Source: Chloroflexota bacterium
GTDB taxonomy: Bacteria; Chloroflexota; UBA11872; VXOZ01
Direction: 5' to 3'
Length of the DNA: 64,000 nt
NCBI GenBank assembly: GCA_964291655.2
Contig: OZ219802.1
Location: 704,001-768,000, forward strand
Part shown: positions 59,364-64,000 of the stretch, in pieces
Position numbering within the stretch: position 1 is the first letter of the stretch
Layout: each line of letters begins with the position of its first letter
Notes under the pieces: generated by a model
What the model was told of the DNA's origin: nothing
Database searches by the model: none
Seen by the model: the letters and a program-made list of their open reading frames with translations, nothing else
Program-made: the position numbers and the translations under genes

Positions 59364-59634
59364 AGACATCGGAAAGACGAATTCGCGTAGTCGCAGGCCA
59401 CACACGAGCTAGTGAAACCTAAAGACCATCTGCGAAGGGCTATTCTGCCTTAACGCGAAGCTTCTGGGACACAGGGTATGTGTGACCCAGAAGCAACTTC
59501 GAAAAAGTGTGCGTACTCTATAGGGTAGGGACCACAGTGGTGAGCAGTCTCTCCTGCACGCACGCCTCTTCTACAAGTGTCATAGAGCGCCCCGCGATTT
59601 AAGCAACAGCCATAGGCGTAAACTCTCAGTTCTC

Positions 59635-61254
59635 CTAGTTCTGCCCGTCGCTGATGCCGCTTATGCGTGAACTAATGGTGTGCCAGCCGGAAGCGCCATT
59701 GGGCGCGGGCTCCAGCTCCGTTTCATCCTGTAGTTCGCCGGTGCCGTCGGTGGCGCGCACCCGAATTGTATAGCCGGCCGCAACCGGCGGTTCCCACGTG
59801 ATCTTCCACTGCACCCATGACAACTGGCTGAGCACCGTGCCGAGCTCCGCTTCTATCCAGTCGCTCTCGTCGATGCTGACTTCCACCTTGCTAATGCCGC
59901 GGTTGCCGGCGAAGGCGATGCCTCCGATCAACACTTCTCGGTCCACTTTGGCGCTTACTGTAGCACCGTTACGCGGCGCATCGATGCGAGACATTGTCTT
60001 GTAAATGGCTTCATCGCTCCAGCCCCGCTGCTGCCAGAAACCCTTGAAGTCGTGGTCCACCGGTTCGATCCGCGTCAGCCACTTCACGTTCTTCATGCCG
60101 TAGATGTTGGGCACAATCAAGCGCGCTGGAAAACCGTGGTTGTTCGGCAGTATCGCACCATTCATGCGGTAGGCCAGAAGTACCTCGGGATCTTGCGCCT
60201 TTTCCAGGGGGATGCTCTCCTGGTACCCGTCTGCGGCGTGCAAGACGATGTCCTTCACGCCCGGTTGGATGCCCGCTTGGACCAGCAGATCCCACAGTGA
60301 TACGCCTTCCCACAGCGCACAGCCGATGAGGTCTCCGCCGACCGCGTTGCTGATGCACTGCAGTGTCGCGTATTGCTGCTGGCTGGGCATGGCCGTCAGC
60401 GCATCGTAGTCCAGAATCATCTTGTTGTCCACCATACCGGTGATGGTGAGACTCCAGTCCTTCACGTCAACGGTAGGATCGATGTTGTTCTTGGAGATTA
60501 CGTAGAACTGGTCGTTGGGCGTGACCAAGGGTTCCAGTCCCTCAAAGCCTTGCTGGAATATGGGGAGCGTCTCACCGCTGTCGGAAACTGTAGTTTCCTT
60601 TGATGGTTCATTGAAAATGGCCTGCGCTTGTGCAGCAAACGATCGCTTGAGCGCATAGGCGCCGCCTAAAGCCAGCCCGGAAACAGCCAACGGCGCCAGC
60701 GACCGGCGGGACAACACGCCCTCAGAGACTGTTTCAGAATCCTCAACGACAAAGGGTTGCCGGACGTACGCAAGCACAAACCCAAAAGCCAGGTAGGCAA
60801 TGATGTCGATGGCAACGGCAGCAATGGCCGGTGAGGATGCATCCATGCCGAAGAAGCCGCGCTCCACGAATGGCGAAATCGTGACTGAGTGGACTAGCCA
60901 CAGCAACCCGCCGATGCCGAGGCCGTACAGCAACGCCGTCGGCGTTCCGCTACTGCTATCTTTTGCACCAAGTAGACCCAGCAGCCGGCCATAGAGTAGC
61001 CCAAATAGGCCACCCACGCCAACCATGCCAATGAGTATCGCGTAGAAATTCAGGGTCTTGGCCAATGTGCCAAAGATCTGAATCACCGCCTCAAAAAGGG
61101 CAGGCGGAATAAAGCTAAGAATGCTTTCAATCACCGCTTCCGGCAAGGCCGGAATCTGCCAAATGAAGCGTGCGACAAAATAGACCGCGAGTAGGGCTAC
61201 TGTGGCTATGGCGCCAGACAGAAACTCTCTCCGCCACGGTACGGTAGACTGCAT
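59635..61254 (-). CDS. Sulfite oxidase family molybdoenzyme with N-terminal membrane domain
   Basis: TPN..FY, TLQCISN (Mo-ligand Cys), W.GV, HGFPARL..P..YG.K.VKW, dimerisation domain GIAFAG..RATD; gaggagg RBS. Confidence 0.88.
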   Translation of the reverse strand: MQSTVPWRREFLSGAIATVALLAVYFVARFIWQIPALPEAVIESILSFIPPALFEAVIQIFGTLAKTLNFYAILIGMVGVGGLFGLLYGRLLGLLGAKDSSSGTPTALLYGLGIGGLLWLVHSVTISPFVERGFFGMDASSPAIAAVAIDIIAYLAFGFVLAYVRQPFVVEDSETVSEGVLSRRSLAPLAVSGLALGGAYALKRSFAAQAQAIFNEPSKETTVSDSGETLPIFQQGFEGLEPLVTPNDQFYVISKNNIDPTVDVKDWSLTITGMVDNKMILDYDALTAMPSQQQYATLQCISNAVGGDLIGCALWEGVSLWDLLVQAGIQPGVKDIVLHAADGYQESIPLEKAQDPEVLLAYRMNGAILPNNHGFPARLIVPNIYGMKNVKWLTRIEPVDHDFKGFWQQRGWSDEAIYKTMSRIDAPRNGATVSAKVDREVLIGGIAFAGNRGISKVEVSIDESDWIEAELGTVLSQLSWVQWKITWEPPVAAGYTIRVRATDGTGELQDETELEPAPNGASGWHTISSRISGISDGQN

Positions 61255-61522
61255 GGATGTCCCCTCCTCAACTCCTACGTTCGGATGCCTTGACTTCATC
61301 GTAGCATAGCGATATTGGTGAAGCATCCCTCCCACTTAAAAAGTTCCTAAGAAAAGGACTTGGGAGAAACAGTCGGTCAGGTGGCAAAACAGCGGCAAAC
61401 AGCGTAGACTTGTGAGGAATAGGTAGAGTATGCTATTCGCTTAAGCAGACATGCACTATTTGCAACAAGTACTTGGATCGTAGAACGCTTGCAGGCGCCC
61501 GCAGGACGGAGGTAACCGCCTC

Positions 61523-62953
61523 ATGAAGAATGGATTGATCCCATCTGAACACTCGCGTCGAACTGTGCTACGCACGCTGGGCGCATTTGGCCTTGGCGGC
61601 GCGGCAACGCTCTTCTCTGCGTGCTCCGGCATAAACCGCCGCCGCTGCGACGGCCCGTGCGTTCCCACGCCTACGCCGTTTATCCCAATCACGCCGACTC
61701 CGGTGGAAGGTCCCAAACCCATCATCCGCAGTCCGGGGCTGGTGACATTTTGGACCTGGGCCACAGGGCCCACCCAGCAGTGGCTCACTGACGTACACAA
61801 CCTGTTTGCTGCCCGCACGGGCAACACACTCGAGCCGGTATTTCTCGGTAGCCAACGCGAGGTGGAGAATAGGCTTGCACAAGCTACGGCAGCGGGCACA
61901 GGCGGACCGGACGCTGTGCACGTGCCTATGGGAGCGCTCCCAAGCTGGGCGGAGGCATCGCTGGTGCGAGACCTCACCCCTTACCTCGAGTGGCCGCGCA
62001 CCGTAAACCTGCAGCAATTCGTGAAAGGCGTGCTCCCGTACGCTACTGTGAACGGAAATGTGTACGGTGTCCCCTATGATGATCCCCAGGCTATCGGACT
62101 GGCGCTGAACGTGAAGCACCTGGAAGATGCCGGCATGACCGTAGACGTGGAAGCCTTCAAGCAGTGGGGTTGGGAAAACCTGCGGGAAGCTGCCGCACAG
62201 CTGACCCAGCGGCAAGGCGACACCGTCACGCGTCCTGGCATGCACGTGAGCTCCAACTGGCTCCAAGTCCTGACCTGGCTCTACAGCAATAACACCGGGT
62301 TCTTCCAGAATAACGCCGATGGCGGGTCGGTGGTGGTGAACAATGCCGATGCGCAAGCAGCGCTTCAGTTCCTGGCTGACATGGTCACTGAGGATAAGGT
62401 CAGCGGCGACCCGTCGCCTTTCGTGGACACGGCAAACCTCTTCGTCCGCGGGCGCACCTCGATGGCGGTGGTGAATGCGGACGCGATCAATCACGCGGTG
62501 CGTGTGCAGTCGGAGGAACAATCCGACGATCCGGAATTGCAATTCCACTGGCTGCCGCTGCCCAAGGGTCCGAGTGGCAGCACGGGCGCTACTCAGGTGT
62601 GGTCGCACCAGATAGCCATTCCGGAAGTCGCCGGCAATCCAACGTCCGGGTGGGATCTCCTAACTTTCCTCTACACCAGAGAAACGCTCCAGGACTACCT
62701 GGGCAACACCAGCATGACCCTGCCGTTCAAACCCCAATGGAAGTATCCCATGGCCAAGCTGGTGACAAACTTCACTCCCACCTATACGGAGTACCTGGAC
62801 CTGCTCGATCAGGAAAGCCCCTCGCCGGTGCAGGGCCGCCAAGCCCTGGGGCGCAATCTGGCCCTGCCGCTGCGCCAAGCAATCTCCGGTCAGGTGTCCG
62901 TCGCGGATGCCATGCCTGCGATCGAACGAGCCGTGCGCACCGCAGTCTCGTAG
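61523..62953 (+). CDS. Extracellular solute-binding lipoprotein, Tat signal
   Basis: SRRTVL, FSAC lipobox, PTPTP linker, YGVPY, PLPKGP; ggagg RBS. Confidence 0.82.
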   Translation: MKNGLIPSEHSRRTVLRTLGAFGLGGAATLFSACSGINRRRCDGPCVPTPTPFIPITPTPVEGPKPIIRSPGLVTFWTWATGPTQQWLTDVHNLFAARTGNTLEPVFLGSQREVENRLAQATAAGTGGPDAVHVPMGALPSWAEASLVRDLTPYLEWPRTVNLQQFVKGVLPYATVNGNVYGVPYDDPQAIGLALNVKHLEDAGMTVDVEAFKQWGWENLREAAAQLTQRQGDTVTRPGMHVSSNWLQVLTWLYSNNTGFFQNNADGGSVVVNNADAQAALQFLADMVTEDKVSGDPSPFVDTANLFVRGRTSMAVVNADAINHAVRVQSEEQSDDPELQFHWLPLPKGPSGSTGATQVWSHQIAIPEVAGNPTSGWDLLTFLYTRETLQDYLGNTSMTLPFKPQWKYPMAKLVTNFTPTYTEYLDLLDQESPSPVQGRQALGRNLALPLRQAISGQVSVADAMPAIERAVRTAVS

Positions 62954-62994
62954 CAAGCGGTTCGAGAATTCTGCATTGACGGGAAGGACTGCCG

Positions 62995-63157
62995 GTAGCG
63001 TAGGTTCGCACGGAGACGTGCGCGCAACCTGCGCCCAATTCCCACATTCGCCGCGCATGAGCGCCGGGAGGTTGAGAATGCAACCTGCGCCTGCTTCCCA
63101 CCATGTCGCGCATGAGCGCCAGTAGCGTAGGTTTGCAACCTGCGTCTGCTTCTCACC
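62995..63157 (+). repeat. Tandem array of three degenerate GTAG-REP-containing units
   Basis: Repeated aggtt..gcaacctgcg cores; cgcgcatgagcgcc occurs twice. Confidence 0.75.
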
Positions 63158-63314
63158 TTGCCGAACATGGCTAAACGAGCAATTGCCCAACGTCACAATT
63201 GTGTTTATCCACTTTGGCACCGTCTTCTGGCAAGAAGCCGCCGCGAGTCACAGCCGCCACCCTCCCTCGTCGGTCCGGCTACGCCAACAAATGCAGCAGC
63301 GCGGTATGTGTAAT

Positions 63315-63360
63315 ACAAAGAGAGCAGTGTCAACACTCTGGTTGACACTGCTCTCTTTGT
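63315..63360 (-). terminator. Terminator hairpin downstream of tRNA-Ser(GCT)
   Basis: acaaagagagcagtgtcaac-actctg-gttgacactgctctctttgt, perfect 20-bp stem. Confidence 0.8.
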
Positions 63361-63368
63361 TTGTCGCT

Positions 63369-63462
63369 TGGCGGAGGGGGAGGGATTCGAACCCTCGGTG
63401 GAGCTATTAACCCCACTGTCGCTTAGCAGGCGACCGCACTAGACCAACTATGCGACCCCTCC
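63369..63462 (-). tRNA. tRNA-Ser (GCT)
   Basis: GGAGGGG acceptor, anticodon arm GTCGC-CTGCTAA-GCGAC, long variable arm, GGTTCGAATCCC, encoded CCA. Confidence 0.96.
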
Positions 63463-63808
63463 CTGCGCTCCTGTGCGTAATCCGAAGACCTTAAGGTCGA
63501 TCCCCGAAATTGCGCGGAGCTACTCTCATTATAGCCTATCAGGCAACTTGCCCATCGACCGTCAATGCCGGCTCTTTCGACAGCACGGCGTCGCAAGCAG
63601 TTCATGGGGGATTTGGCTTTGATTCCTATATTGCAGACCAGGGGCAAGGAAATGGGGCGGTTATTGCGAATCTTACTTGAAGCGTAGCCGCTGAACTCTG
63701 GTTCTTGGAATCAATCGCGCTTCCCCTTCCCATCTCGCTAAGTGGTGAAAGAAGATTAGAACCAAGAATGCCACGACATCCGGCAACAGTGGACCGCCCA
63801 CACTCCCC

Positions 63809-63834
63809 TGGATTCCGGCTTTCGCCGGAATGAC
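63809..63834. repeat. GTCATTCC-family REP half
   Basis: tggattccggctttcgccggaatgac, with the upstream accgcccaca flank shared with 1912-1950. Confidence 0.7.
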
Positions 63835-63917
63835 TCTTCCAATCTTAGGCTTCTAGATGGACTGACGACTCGGCTCTTGCGCCGTCCCAAACCATTGCGG
63901 TAGCTCAACATCAACGG

Positions 63918-64000
63918 CGGAGGGGGAGGGATTCGAACCCCCGGACCTTTCGGTCAATGGTTTTCAAGACCATCTCCATAAACCACTCGGACACCCCTCC
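63918..64000 (-). tRNA. tRNA-Ser (TGA)
   Basis: GGAGGGG acceptor at the window end, anticodon arm ATGGT-CTTGAAA-ACCAT, variable arm, GGTTCGAATCCC; CCA not encoded. Confidence 0.95.

Noticed and set aside
62995-63157. Possible degenerate CRISPR array
   Set aside because: The linkers resemble each other, and the core matches dispersed REP copies elsewhere in the window

Overview
Bacterial chromosomal window of roughly 58-60% GC, judged by eye. It carries about 52 plausible CDSs and three tRNA genes (Gly-TCC, Ser-GCT, Ser-TGA). The gene mix (Tat-exported lipoprotein solute-binding proteins, expanded amidohydrolase/PhyH/SDR/MDR/Gfo enzymes, MacAB-like exporter without TolC, PdtaR-like ANTAR regulator, proteins with PT-rich linkers) suggests a heterotrophic Chloroflexota genome; this assignment is inference. 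Housekeeping genes include smpB (5'-truncated), hppA, hisC, fabI, plsY, proB, dprA, rlmB and rmuC. No transposase, integrase, CRISPR array or rRNA was seen. Intergenic regions hold several families of REP-like palindromes, some nested inside one another. The most notable items are: a candidate structured ncRNA downstream of tRNA-Gly; 23-24 nt units inserted into REP hairpins up to three layers deep; an ABC ATPase with a duplicated signature subdomain next to a very long adaptor protein; a secreted repeat-solenoid gluzincin-like protein; a GGT-family enzyme lacking the glutamyl-binding residues; phased palindromic 20-bp repeats upstream of an SDR; and a possible organosulfonate/sulfite cluster.
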